The notes under the pieces: generated by a model
The model's input: only the letters and a program-made list of their open reading frames with translations
Databases searched by the model: none
What the model was told of the DNA's origin: nothing
Position numbers and translations under genes: made by a program
From: Elusimicrobia bacterium RIFOXYA2_FULL_39_19
GTDB lineage: Bacteria > Elusimicrobiota > Endomicrobiia > CG1-02-37-114 > XYA2-FULL-39-19
Direction: 5' to 3'
DNA: 64,000 nt
Assembly (NCBI GenBank): GCA_001800285.1
Contig: MGVC01000013.1
Location: 79,175 to 143,174 of the forward strand
In this document: in pieces, positions 1 to 8,660 of the stretch
Position numbering within the stretch: the first letter of the stretch is position 1
Layout: every line of letters begins with the position of its first letter

Positions 1-1074
1 GAGAATTAGGAATATATTTATCGGCAAATGCAGGTTCATATCAAATATTGACTGAAAAACAATAACAATAGATGGTAGTAATAAATAGTTTATTTTATGT
101 ATTTCTTTAAAATAAAGGGTATAAAGCCAAAGAACTAATAGCAATCCAGGTATGCCAAATTCTGCGGCAATCTGCAAAAACTCATTGTGTGCAAAATTTG
201 TGGTTTTTGAATATCTTAATGTCTCCGTTTCTACAGGAAAGTTGTATTTTGGAAATATTTTTCCATAGTTGCCTAATCCTACGCCTAAAAAAGGATGGTC
301 TGCGGTCATTTTTACTGCTGATTTCCACAAATCCATTCTATAATAAGCCAAAGAGTCGCTGGTTTTCCCATATTTGATAATTAATTTGTCAGTATTAATA
401 GACAATACGGTTAATAATACAATTGAAAGCCCAACGGCACCTTTTAATTTAAACCTTTTGTAAATTAAATAAAATAATATCGGTATAAATACTATTATTA
501 CACTTCTTGATCTGCCAAAGGATATACCAGTCAAACTTAGAAATAATGATGTGAGTATTAATATTTTATTTACTTTATTAAGTTCATTTTCATGATTTAT
601 TGCATAGGAAGCTAAAAAAACGAATACTGCCGCAAGATAACCATTTACAAAATTTGGATTATTTGGCAATAGACCAAACGGGGTTTCTCCTGTATATACT
701 TGAAATAGTATGGCAAATACCTGAACAATTGAAATAATGGCTAACGTTGCAACTACTTTGGCTTTATTCAGAACGTTTATTGTTAATATAAAAACAAGAA
801 CATATACAATAATCTGCATGGTGCTTTTTAATGTTAAATATATACATGATGATGTGAAAATATTTAATATAGTCAACAAAAACATTAGTAAAAGAGGCAA
901 AACAAGATCTTTTGAAAACATAATTAATTTATTTTTACTTAATAATATCAAACCAATAATACTAATGACCACAATTGCGAGAATACTGAATTGAAAGGTC
1001 AGTTTGCCCCCACCTAGCAGGGATAAGATCACAAGAATTAATGGAATTGCATAATCAGTTAATCTTTTTTGCAT
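1..1074 (-). CDS. Partial Wzy_C/O-antigen-ligase-like polytopic membrane protein, paralog of the next gene. The 3' end lies beyond the window start; start codon at 1074 or 1086.
   Basis: Hand translation of the minus strand from 1074 down to 1 gives an uninterrupted frame: MQKRLTDYAIPLILVILSLLGGGKLTFQ...DHPFLGVGLGNYGKIFPKYN...FAHNEFLQIAAEFGIPGLLLVLWLY... It carries the Wzy_C signature H-N-x-x-L-x-x-x-x-E-x-G-x-x-G, and the aligned segment resembles ETPLFGTGIGTFELVYPKFK...AHSYYLQFASEAGIIGV in the 467-aa neighbour. It is absent from the ORF track because no stop codon falls inside the window. Confidence 0.5.
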   Translation of the reverse strand, partial: MQKRLTDYAIPLILVILSLLGGGKLTFQFSILAIVVISIIGLILLSKNKLIMFSKDLVLPLLLMFLLTILNIFTSSCIYLTLKSTMQIIVYVLVFILTINVLNKAKVVATLAIISIVQVFAILFQVYTGETPFGLLPNNPNFVNGYLAAVFVFLASYAINHENELNKVNKILILTSLFLSLTGISFGRSRSVIIVFIPILFYLIYKRFKLKGAVGLSIVLLTVLSINTDKLIIKYGKTSDSLAYYRMDLWKSAVKMTADHPFLGVGLGNYGKIFPKYNFPVETETLRYSKTTNFAHNEFLQIAAEFGIPGLLLVLWLYTLYFKEIHKINYLLLPSIVIVFQSIFDMNLHLPINIFLIL

Positions 1075-2458
1075 AATAGTATTCATGATATGGATTGTAT
1101 TTTTTAGTATTTTCAGATTCAATCAGTGCTTCATTCAAATATGAAATATATTTTGTTTTAGCAAATTTATTCATATTTATTTTCATCAGGTATTTATAAG
1201 ATAACCAGAAATTAGGCTTCATTATTTTTGTTTGTATAAAATACTTTTCCGCAGAAATAATATCTCCTGATTGATAACTAGCCTCACCTAAATTATAAAC
1301 TTTTGTTGAATTATAGATAGTTAAAACACCGTTAACATAAACACAAATAAGGAATACTATTATTATACGTATAAATAAAACATTATTTCGGGTCAAATTA
1401 GAGTTATTATTTGATTCAGATATATTTTTTATGATAATGGCTACTATAAACCAAAACAGTATGCCGTTTGCCGGTATATAAAGGCTGTAATCTATAGCGT
1501 TTTGAAGCAAAATAGCTAAAAATGCTATTTTTAAGCTTTTTTCTTTTATTTTAGTGAACAAATAAACTACAAAAGAAAGAAAAATTGATACCCCAATTAT
1601 TCCGGCTTCGCTGGCAAACTGCAAATAATAACTGTGGGCAAATATGGAATGTAACGAGCCCGTTTTGAATTTTGGGTATACTAACTCAAAAGTTCCAATT
1701 CCAGTGCCAAATAACGGGGTTTCCTTGATTATTTCTATGCTTGATTTCCACCAAAGCAGTCTGTTTGCAACATCAGGTTCCATTAACTTAAAAATAAGCA
1801 AGATAGCTATTATTACCATTGATCCAATAATTCCTTTCCATCTATATCTGGTAATTGCTACTGCTACCAGGATAGCAATCATAGAGGATATGGATTTAGT
1901 AAGAATCAATGCAAAAAAGGCAAATACTATTAAAATAGTTATAAGATTCTTTTGGATTAGCGGCCGGTCTTTTTGTACATAATAAAGTAGTGGAATAGCT
2001 AACAACAAATAACCTGCAAAAATATTTGGATTTATTAAAGTTACATCAGGCATTGCTTCATGAGCTATAAAAACCTGGTAATATGCCATAAATACCAACA
2101 GAGTTACTATTAAAACAAAATAGCTTAATATTTTATATAAATATTCTTGGGGTATTAAAAGTACAGCGATAAAAATGATGAGGTAATTCAACCAGTTATG
2201 AAGCTCGACTTCAGAATTGAATGGAATGTGTGATAAATAAGTACTTAACAGAATCAGGGAGAATAGGGTAAGTGGTATTATTAGAGGCTTTTTGAAAAGA
2301 TTTTTAGGGTGTTGCGATATTATTAAAAGTATTATTAAAACTGCTGAAATTAAGTGGACAATAGTTTTTGCCCAAATATCCCAGGACCCGTCAAGTAAGG
2401 GAGATATAAATAAAATTATTCCTAGAAGTGATGAACCAATAAGGGTGGGTATTTTCAC
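1055..2458 (-). CDS. O-antigen ligase family (Wzy_C) membrane protein with a C-terminal TPR-like tail. Candidate WaaL-type ligase or pilin O-oligosaccharyltransferase (PglL/TfpO-like).
   Basis: 467 aa with many predicted TM helices. The periplasmic loop carries the motif AHSYYLQFASEAGIIGVSIF. The C-terminal ~100 aa is hydrophilic and TPR-like (YQSGDIISAEKYF...YYYAKK). It lies 12 bp downstream of pilQ on the same strand. Confidence 0.55.
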   Translation of the reverse strand: MKIPTLIGSSLLGIILFISPLLDGSWDIWAKTIVHLISAVLIILLIISQHPKNLFKKPLIIPLTLFSLILLSTYLSHIPFNSEVELHNWLNYLIIFIAVLLIPQEYLYKILSYFVLIVTLLVFMAYYQVFIAHEAMPDVTLINPNIFAGYLLLAIPLLYYVQKDRPLIQKNLITILIVFAFFALILTKSISSMIAILVAVAITRYRWKGIIGSMVIIAILLIFKLMEPDVANRLLWWKSSIEIIKETPLFGTGIGTFELVYPKFKTGSLHSIFAHSYYLQFASEAGIIGVSIFLSFVVYLFTKIKEKSLKIAFLAILLQNAIDYSLYIPANGILFWFIVAIIIKNISESNNNSNLTRNNVLFIRIIIVFLICVYVNGVLTIYNSTKVYNLGEASYQSGDIISAEKYFIQTKIMKPNFWLSYKYLMKINMNKFAKTKYISYLNEALIESENTKKYNPYHEYYYAKKIN

Positions 2459-2470
2459 TCTAAAATCTAC

Positions 2471-4459
2471 TTAATCAGGTAATATTTTGGGTGTTATAAA
2501 TACTAAAAGTTCAGTTCTCTGTTTGTTATTAGATTTATATTTAAATATATACCCAAGGATGGGTAAGTCTCCAAGTATCGGAATTTTAGATATACTTTCT
2601 GAATCATTTTCTGTAATTAAACCACCTATTACCAGAGTATCGTCGTCTTTTACCATAACTGTAACATTTGTTTCACGGCTTCTTATTGGCGGCAATTGTC
2701 CAGCAGGTGCTGCTAATGGAACCCTAACTGAAGGAGCAACCTTTAAGGTTACCCATCCTTCCGGGCTGATAGTCGGAGTTACTGTTAATGAAACGCCTGC
2801 ATCTAAAAAGTCCCAAGATTCCTGAGAAGTACCGGTAGCATTGACTGAAGTCTTCTTGTAAGGAACTTTTTCGCCGGACATTATACTGGCTTCTTTATTA
2901 TTCAAGGTTGTAACCCTGGGATTTGACAATACTTTTGCTCTGCCTTCAGAAATTAAGGCTCCCAATCTGGCGTTAAAAGCTTCCCTGTTTGTTACATATC
3001 CAAAATTAAAAGTCCCCCCCGATGTTGGCACGGGAATTATTGATGCAGCTTCCATAACCTGCACTTTTCCTGAAGCAGATATACCATCCTGGGTTGCATT
3101 AAGAGTTTTTCCTATGGTTTGTGTTTGAGCTCCTGTAGCTGCTCCTGTACCGGCTTCCGAGTTTAACTTTTGAAGACTCCAGTTTACACCTAATTCGTTT
3201 AAATCATTTAAACTGACATCCACTATTCTTGCTTCTATCATAACCTGTTGTGGTTTAACATCAAGTTCTTCTAATAATTTTTCTACAGTTAAAAGGCCTT
3301 CTGGGCTTGCTGTTACTACAAGAGAATTAGTTCTTTGATCAGTTGTTATATTGCCTTTTATTTCACGCGCAGAAAGTACTGAGCTTATTTGTCCTTGAAT
3401 TGTGCCTGCTTCAGCATAATTCAAGGGATAAATTTTTGTGAATGTTATATCTTTCTGACGTTCTTCTTTTAAAGCTGAAGGAGTTATAACTCTGATAATG
3501 TTTGAACCAACAGTAGTTGAAGTTAAACTTTTCAATGCAAGAATTGTATTAAAGGCCTGATCAAAAGGAACATCTCTTAAAGAGATTGTTACATTACCTA
3601 TTACATCAGGACCATAAATTATGTTTATTCCGCTTCTTATAGACATAACTTGAAGCACATCTTTTATGTCAGCATCCTGGTATTCCAAAGTAACCAGTGT
3701 TTTTGGTAAGGATAATTCTTTTTTTTGTGTATTTATTGATGATTTCGAAGCAGATTCTGTAGTTTTTGAGGTTTTTGATTTTTTTGCTTGTTTTTGTGAT
3801 GGTTTAGTAACAGCACTTACTTTTTTTGTGGTTATTGATTTTTCAGGCCCTGGGTTGGTTGCTACAATAGCGTTTTGTTTTTCCTTTACAGGTTGTTCTG
3901 AATCGTTAGTTTGGACAGGTTCTGGCTCCGTATTTTTTTGTTCAGAATCAGATTGTGCCACGGGTGTTATAGTATTATTTTCTGTCGGTGGTGGCGGTAT
4001 AGCAGCTGCTATTTCAGTGATATTTGATTGAGTAGTTAATTCATTTGTTTTTTTGTCTACAAGTGAAATATTAATAATATTGTTTGATTGATTTGTTTCA
4101 TAATCTACCATTTTAATTAAATCAATAACTATTCTTGCTATTTTCTTGGGTTCATTCTGAAATTGGCCGCTTCTTATACGTTTTATAACATCGCTATTTA
4201 CTAAAAGCTCTTTTTGTTTAATGTTATGCTCTGTATTAATGAGTTCAGCAACTAATCTTGGTGGATTTGCAATTTTAAAAACATTGTATTTTACCGCACC
4301 AGATGTAATTATTTGAATAGTGTTTTTATCTACTTTTACGTCATTGAGGATTAGAAAATCGTTAACAACCTGTGCAAAAGATATGCTTATCATTGTTATC
4401 AATGAAATAAATGTAAAAATTCTTTTGCCGTAACATTGTAATTGTTTTTTATTATTCAT
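2471..4459 (-). CDS. pilQ: Type IV pilus secretin PilQ, with an N-terminal AMIN-like domain and a long S/T/P/K-rich linker.
   Basis: 662 aa. The secretin C-terminal domain is recognisable (...IPILGDLPILGYIFKYKSNNKQRTELLVFITPKIL). There is an N-terminal signal/TM segment and a low-complexity linker, AAAIPPPPTENNTITPVAQSD...KSKTSKTTESASKSS. The gene sits downstream of pilMNOP. Confidence 0.85.
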   Translation of the reverse strand: MNNKKQLQCYGKRIFTFISLITMISISFAQVVNDFLILNDVKVDKNTIQIITSGAVKYNVFKIANPPRLVAELINTEHNIKQKELLVNSDVIKRIRSGQFQNEPKKIARIVIDLIKMVDYETNQSNNIINISLVDKKTNELTTQSNITEIAAAIPPPPTENNTITPVAQSDSEQKNTEPEPVQTNDSEQPVKEKQNAIVATNPGPEKSITTKKVSAVTKPSQKQAKKSKTSKTTESASKSSINTQKKELSLPKTLVTLEYQDADIKDVLQVMSIRSGINIIYGPDVIGNVTISLRDVPFDQAFNTILALKSLTSTTVGSNIIRVITPSALKEERQKDITFTKIYPLNYAEAGTIQGQISSVLSAREIKGNITTDQRTNSLVVTASPEGLLTVEKLLEELDVKPQQVMIEARIVDVSLNDLNELGVNWSLQKLNSEAGTGAATGAQTQTIGKTLNATQDGISASGKVQVMEAASIIPVPTSGGTFNFGYVTNREAFNARLGALISEGRAKVLSNPRVTTLNNKEASIMSGEKVPYKKTSVNATGTSQESWDFLDAGVSLTVTPTISPEGWVTLKVAPSVRVPLAAPAGQLPPIRSRETNVTVMVKDDDTLVIGGLITENDSESISKIPILGDLPILGYIFKYKSNNKQRTELLVFITPKILPD

Positions 4460-4486
4460 TTTGAAATGTAAACCCTCCTGTTGAGT

Positions 4487-4957
4487 CTATTCGCTTTCAG
4501 ATATTTTATAAGTTTTGCTGAAATTATCATCTGATGTAATTATTACCGTTTTTGTTTCAACATTTCCAGAAAAACCCTTAATAACACGATTTCTGTTATC
4601 AAATAATTTTCCGTTTTTCAATATGTAACTACCAAAGGGACCTGATAGAAGGGCCATTCTAAAGTTTTTGTCAATAACTATTCCTTTTAACGACAAAGAA
4701 CTTAAATTAGGCTTTTCACCTTCACCCGATGATTGCAGTAAAGGAGAAATAACTCTTTTTTCAGTTAATGGAATAAAGGGGTCCCTGTAAGCTTCCCCTC
4801 CATATCTATAAATCTCTTCTGCTTTTTTCTCTGGCATCACCAAAGGAGCGGTTTTCCTATTTTGATCTTCAGAAATAGTATATTTTTGTTTTTTACCACA
4901 TGCAGAAAAAAACAAGGACATACAAATTAAAAAAATAAACAATCTAAAAAATATCAC
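4487..4957 (-). CDS. pilP: Pilus assembly lipoprotein PilP.
   Basis: 156 aa with a signal peptide and lipobox (LFFSAC). Its position between pilO and pilQ matches the canonical order. Confidence 0.55.
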   Translation of the reverse strand: MIFFRLFIFLICMSLFFSACGKKQKYTISEDQNRKTAPLVMPEKKAEEIYRYGGEAYRDPFIPLTEKRVISPLLQSSGEGEKPNLSSLSLKGIVIDKNFRMALLSGPFGSYILKNGKLFDNRNRVIKGFSGNVETKTVIITSDDNFSKTYKISESE

Positions 4958-4959
4958 TT

Positions 4960-5511
4960 CTATTTTCCACCTTTTGTTATAAAAGCTATAAGGGTTATTG
5001 ACCCAGATATCGTTTTTGATTTATCTTGACCAGCTTGTGAAGTGATCTGAAGGTCTTTGGTAGAAAGCAATCTTTTTTCCTGGCCAATTTCTGCTAAAAA
5101 ATGCCCAAGAGTATGAAAATTTGCTATGTATTGAATTCCAAATGGTATTTCGTCATATTCAGAGGATACAGTTGTTACGGTAGGCCTAGGCTGGAAATTT
5201 TGAATTTTTATACCAAATTTTTCTGAATCTTTTGTTATTCGCCTGATTAAATCAGGTAAATCTTTTGTTTTGGGTAATCTTTCCTGCAATTCTTTTATTT
5301 CCATTTCTAATATTTGAGACTTAACTTTAAACTCTTCAAGCTGAAGAGATTCACGTTTTGCCTGTTCGAGCATTTCTATAGTTTCTTTTATTTTTGATGT
5401 TTTTGTTTTTATACCTTTGTTAACCGGATTTAATAAAAAATTAAAGTATACGAATATAAAAGCTACTAGACCAATACCTATAAAAATGTATATCTGTTGT
5501 TCTTTTTTCAT
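4960..5511 (-). CDS. pilO: Pilus assembly protein PilO.
   Basis: 183 aa with a single N-terminal TM helix, a coiled coil and a periplasmic domain. Its start overlaps pilN by 4 bp (ATGA). Confidence 0.6.
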   Translation of the reverse strand: MKKEQQIYIFIGIGLVAFIFVYFNFLLNPVNKGIKTKTSKIKETIEMLEQAKRESLQLEEFKVKSQILEMEIKELQERLPKTKDLPDLIRRITKDSEKFGIKIQNFQPRPTVTTVSSEYDEIPFGIQYIANFHTLGHFLAEIGQEKRLLSTKDLQITSQAGQDKSKTISGSITLIAFITKGGK

Positions 5512-6068
5512 GGTTGTAATGCCTTATAGCTGAATGTCATAGTAAAAGAGAATGTATCAATTCCTTTTGAACCAGGTGCAGTTGCTATGCCACTAATTTC
5601 GATATTTCCAAATTTAGGTACACTTTGCAGGTTTGTTATAAAATCAGCTATAGCCAGAGTATCGTAAGAAATGCATGAAATATTTACAAAAAATCCATCA
5701 GGACTGGTAGTGGTATTCATGCTGTTTAACCAGATAGGTGGGGGTAGTATTGACATAAATTCTTCCATGAATTTTGGATATACTAGCCGTCCTTTCATTA
5801 AATTCTCAATAGTACTTTTTCTTGCTTCCAATTGAGCAGTAATGCCTTTTAAACGATTTACTTCATCAACAACTGTTTTATATTTATTTAATTCCTGTTG
5901 GGCTGTATTTAACTCTGATGTTAATGATTTTTCTATGCCGATTCGATAAAATAGAAAAACTATACAAAGAGATACAAAAATACCAATTCCGAGTCCAACA
6001 AGTATTATTACTCTTTGTTTTGCTGCTTTTTCTAAAGCTTCTTGTGGTACTAGATTTATTTTTATCAT
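5508..6068 (-). CDS. pilN: Pilus assembly protein PilN.
   Basis: 186 aa with an N-terminal TM helix after a short cytoplasmic segment, then a coiled coil. It overlaps pilM by 4 bp. Confidence 0.6.
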   Translation of the reverse strand: MIKINLVPQEALEKAAKQRVIILVGLGIGIFVSLCIVFLFYRIGIEKSLTSELNTAQQELNKYKTVVDEVNRLKGITAQLEARKSTIENLMKGRLVYPKFMEEFMSILPPPIWLNSMNTTTSPDGFFVNISCISYDTLAIADFITNLQSVPKFGNIEISGIATAPGSKGIDTFSFTMTFSYKALQP

Positions 6069-7186
6069 TTTTCTTTTGTGTTTCTTGTAGCTAAACCTAC
6101 AGCTATAGCATACTCGGACGGATTATCTATTTTAATCGAATGAATATCAATTTTTTTGAAAGGGTCAAATATTTCGCTTTGAATTTTCAGTTCCTGCGTG
6201 AAGTACTTTTCAATATTTTTCATACCGGCACCACCGCCTGTTAACAATACGCGGTTAAGAACCTGTTGTTCTCCCCTTTGCGAATAGAAAAAGTCAATTG
6301 ATCTATGAATTTCCCCTAAAAGGTCGTGTGCGACTGGTGTTAGTACGTTTGATACCTGCAATGCATCTTTATTATCATCTTTTAAAGCATTTTCTTTATC
6401 TTCTATAGATACCAGCAGACCATGCTTCTTTTTCATTTCTTCTGCCTGTTTATAATCAGCTTGAAAGTTTTTCTGTAATGCCTTTGTGAATGTGCTTCCA
6501 CCTATGAAAATGTCCCTTACAACACGTGATATTCCATTTTCAATAATTGTGACATTTGTTACATTTGCTCCAATATTTACAATTATTGTCATTTCTTGAA
6601 TATCAGGTTCTTTGTTTATTTCATAACAAGATTCTAAAGCAAAAGCATCAACATCAATAATTGCCGGCACTAATCCTGTTTCCTGAAGAATATCTATTTT
6701 TTGCTGAACGATGTCTTTTTTTGCAGCGACCAGCACTGTTTCAGTCTTTTTCTGTCCTTCTTCGGTTACTTCTCCAATAATATAAAAACCCAAATTTACT
6801 TCTTTTATATCAAATGGAATATATGGTTCTGCTTCAAATTGAATACTTTTTGAAAGGTCTTCTTTGCTTATTTTAGGAAATTTAACATAACGAACGACAA
6901 CAGAACTGCCAGAAACAGATATGGAGGCACTTTTTGCAGTGATTTTTTCTTGCTTTATTGAATCTTTCAATAAGGAGATTAAAATAGATTTCTTCTCGAT
7001 GGGATTGACGTCTTGGGATACTACTTCCGCAGGTATTGGTATTGTTTTTGCTTTAACTAAAGTCCATTTAAGGCCGCTACCTTTTAATTGAACCATTTTA
7101 ATTGAAAAAGAACCTATATCAATGGCAATCAAATCTTTTGAGCCAAGTAGCGAAGAAAAATCAATGTTGAATTTCATATTGAACAT
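6065..7186 (-). CDS. pilM: Pilus assembly ATPase-like protein PilM (actin/FtsA fold).
   Basis: 373 aa. The motifs IAIDIGSFSIKMVQL and LLTGGGAGMKNIEKYF are typical of PilM/FtsA-like proteins. Confidence 0.75.
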   Translation of the reverse strand: MFNMKFNIDFSSLLGSKDLIAIDIGSFSIKMVQLKGSGLKWTLVKAKTIPIPAEVVSQDVNPIEKKSILISLLKDSIKQEKITAKSASISVSGSSVVVRYVKFPKISKEDLSKSIQFEAEPYIPFDIKEVNLGFYIIGEVTEEGQKKTETVLVAAKKDIVQQKIDILQETGLVPAIIDVDAFALESCYEINKEPDIQEMTIIVNIGANVTNVTIIENGISRVVRDIFIGGSTFTKALQKNFQADYKQAEEMKKKHGLLVSIEDKENALKDDNKDALQVSNVLTPVAHDLLGEIHRSIDFFYSQRGEQQVLNRVLLTGGGAGMKNIEKYFTQELKIQSEIFDPFKKIDIHSIKIDNPSEYAIAVGLATRNTKEK

Positions 7187-7237
7187 ATTTTATAAAAAAT
7201 GCACGTTTTTGTCAATGTTTTAATAATTATAATTATA

Positions 7238-8014
7238 TTATAACAAATAACACAAGAATACAGTTAAAAATGAGCCAAGAGATAGAAAAGGACCAAAAGG
7301 AATATAATCATTCCACTTTTTTGTTTTCATAATATATATCAGAACAATCGATGTCATTGTAGCGGATAAGGAACCAAGAAAAAGCGTTAAAATAACTCCC
7401 TTTACTCCAAGAAATGCACCTATACCGCTCATTAGTTTTGTATCACCTAGGCCCATAGCTTCTTTTTTAAAAATAATTTTACCTACAAAGCTTATTAATA
7501 TTAATAACAAAAAACCAAAAACTGCACCTAATACTGAATTAGATATTTGAACCATTATACTATCTTCAAAAGTTTTATTAAAAATAGAAAATAATATACC
7601 CAAAGGAATAAGGGATATTGAAAAAAAATCAGGAATAATAAAATAATAATAATCAATTACTGAAATTACTATTAAAATATAAACAAAAACTGAAATGAAC
7701 AGAAATTCTGTGATAGTATTAGATTTAATAAATATTAATAAAAACGAAAACGCTGTAAATATCTCTATGAGCGGGTATTGTAATGATATTTTAGTGCCGC
7801 AATAACCGCATTTTCCTTTTAATAAAATATAACTTATTACCGGGATGTTGTGAAACCATTTGATTGTATTTTTACAGGAAGGACAGGTTGATCCCGGTTT
7901 TATAATTGAAAGATTTTTAGGTATTCTGAAGATTAAAACATTCGCAAAACTACCCAAACATAAACCTAAAATGAAAACAAATAATAAAAGAAATAAATGA
8001 TTATTAAATATCAT
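7238..8014 (-). CDS. pilD: Prepilin peptidase / N-methyltransferase PilD (A24 family).
   Basis: 258 aa polytopic membrane protein. An N-terminal tetracysteine zinc motif is present (CPSCKNTIKW...CGYCGTKI). It lies immediately downstream of the pilin gene. Confidence 0.8.
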   Translation of the reverse strand: MIFNNHLFLLLFVFILGLCLGSFANVLIFRIPKNLSIIKPGSTCPSCKNTIKWFHNIPVISYILLKGKCGYCGTKISLQYPLIEIFTAFSFLLIFIKSNTITEFLFISVFVYILIVISVIDYYYFIIPDFFSISLIPLGILFSIFNKTFEDSIMVQISNSVLGAVFGFLLLILISFVGKIIFKKEAMGLGDTKLMSGIGAFLGVKGVILTLFLGSLSATMTSIVLIYIMKTKKWNDYIPFGPFLSLGSFLTVFLCYLL

Positions 8015-8032
8015 AGATTTTTAGTCTTTATC

Positions 8033-8062
8033 TTAAAAAAAAGGGAGATATTGCTATCTCCC
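8033..8062 (-). terminator. Rho-independent terminator/attenuator immediately downstream of pilA.
   Basis: On the minus strand the sequence reads GGGAGATA-GCAA-TATCTCCC followed by a run of 8 T. It lies about 30 nt after the pilA stop and before pilD. Confidence 0.5.
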
Positions 8063-8093
8063 TTTTCTGTATTCTTTTTCTGATAACAGGCAA

Positions 8094-8555
8094 TTAGAAT
8101 GAACTCCAAGCAGCAGAGTTTACTCCACCACTGTTGTTATCATCTGTGTGAAAACTGCAGTTGACGCAGATATCGCCCCAGTTACCTTCGGTGCTGATAT
8201 TTTCATAGCACCATCCGGAAGTATCTGAAGGTGTTAATGCATCTGGTGAATCCGCCCCATCAGCAGTTACTGCTGATGTTGTGTCCTGGTGTGAGCCCGG
8301 AAGCACGCAATCAGGAACTTTCTTTATGTACTTTGGTACAATTGATGCCAAAGTATCATAAGGATACTTACCGTCATTGTCACTGTAATAAATGTTGAGC
8401 GTTGAACGAAGGGTACCTAAGTTCCCTTTTGTTCTTCCTTCTTTTGCCTTGTTGACAAACTGAGGAATACGCGGAGCAATAACGGCTGCAAGGATACCCA
8501 GGATAACGATAACTACCATCAACTCAATAAGGGTAAAACCTTTTGATTTTCTCAT
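8094..8555 (-). CDS. pilA: Type IVa major pilin PilA.
   Basis: The class III signal sequence is MRKSKG|FTLIELMVVIVILGILAAV, with G-1, F+1 and E+5. A Ser/Thr/Asp-rich C-terminal region with 4 Cys ends in ...AAWSSF. A strong RBS (GGAGGTG) precedes the start. Confidence 0.85.
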   Translation of the reverse strand: MRKSKGFTLIELMVVIVILGILAAVIAPRIPQFVNKAKEGRTKGNLGTLRSTLNIYYSDNDGKYPYDTLASIVPKYIKKVPDCVLPGSHQDTTSAVTADGADSPDALTPSDTSGWCYENISTEGNWGDICVNCSFHTDDNNSGGVNSAAWSSF

Positions 8556-8660
8556 GTGTTTTCACCTCCTATCCAGGTATATAATTGGGATTATATATAT
8601 AAAGCCCCAAACCTAGTACTATTATTATACTACCAATATGTTAAAAAATCAATGCTTTTC

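Noticed and set aside
189-994. Plus-strand ORFs at 189..377 and 737..994 in the first kilobase.
   Set aside because: They lie antisense to a clean, stop-free minus-strand reading frame encoding a Wzy_C membrane protein. AT-rich membrane-protein genes routinely give such shadow ORFs.
8556-8660. Search for a sigma-54 (GG-N10-GC) pilin promoter upstream of pilA.
   Set aside because: No TGGCAC-N5-TTGC-like element was found in either register. Only AT-rich sequence with TATAAT-like hexamers was seen, so the promoter class is left unassigned.
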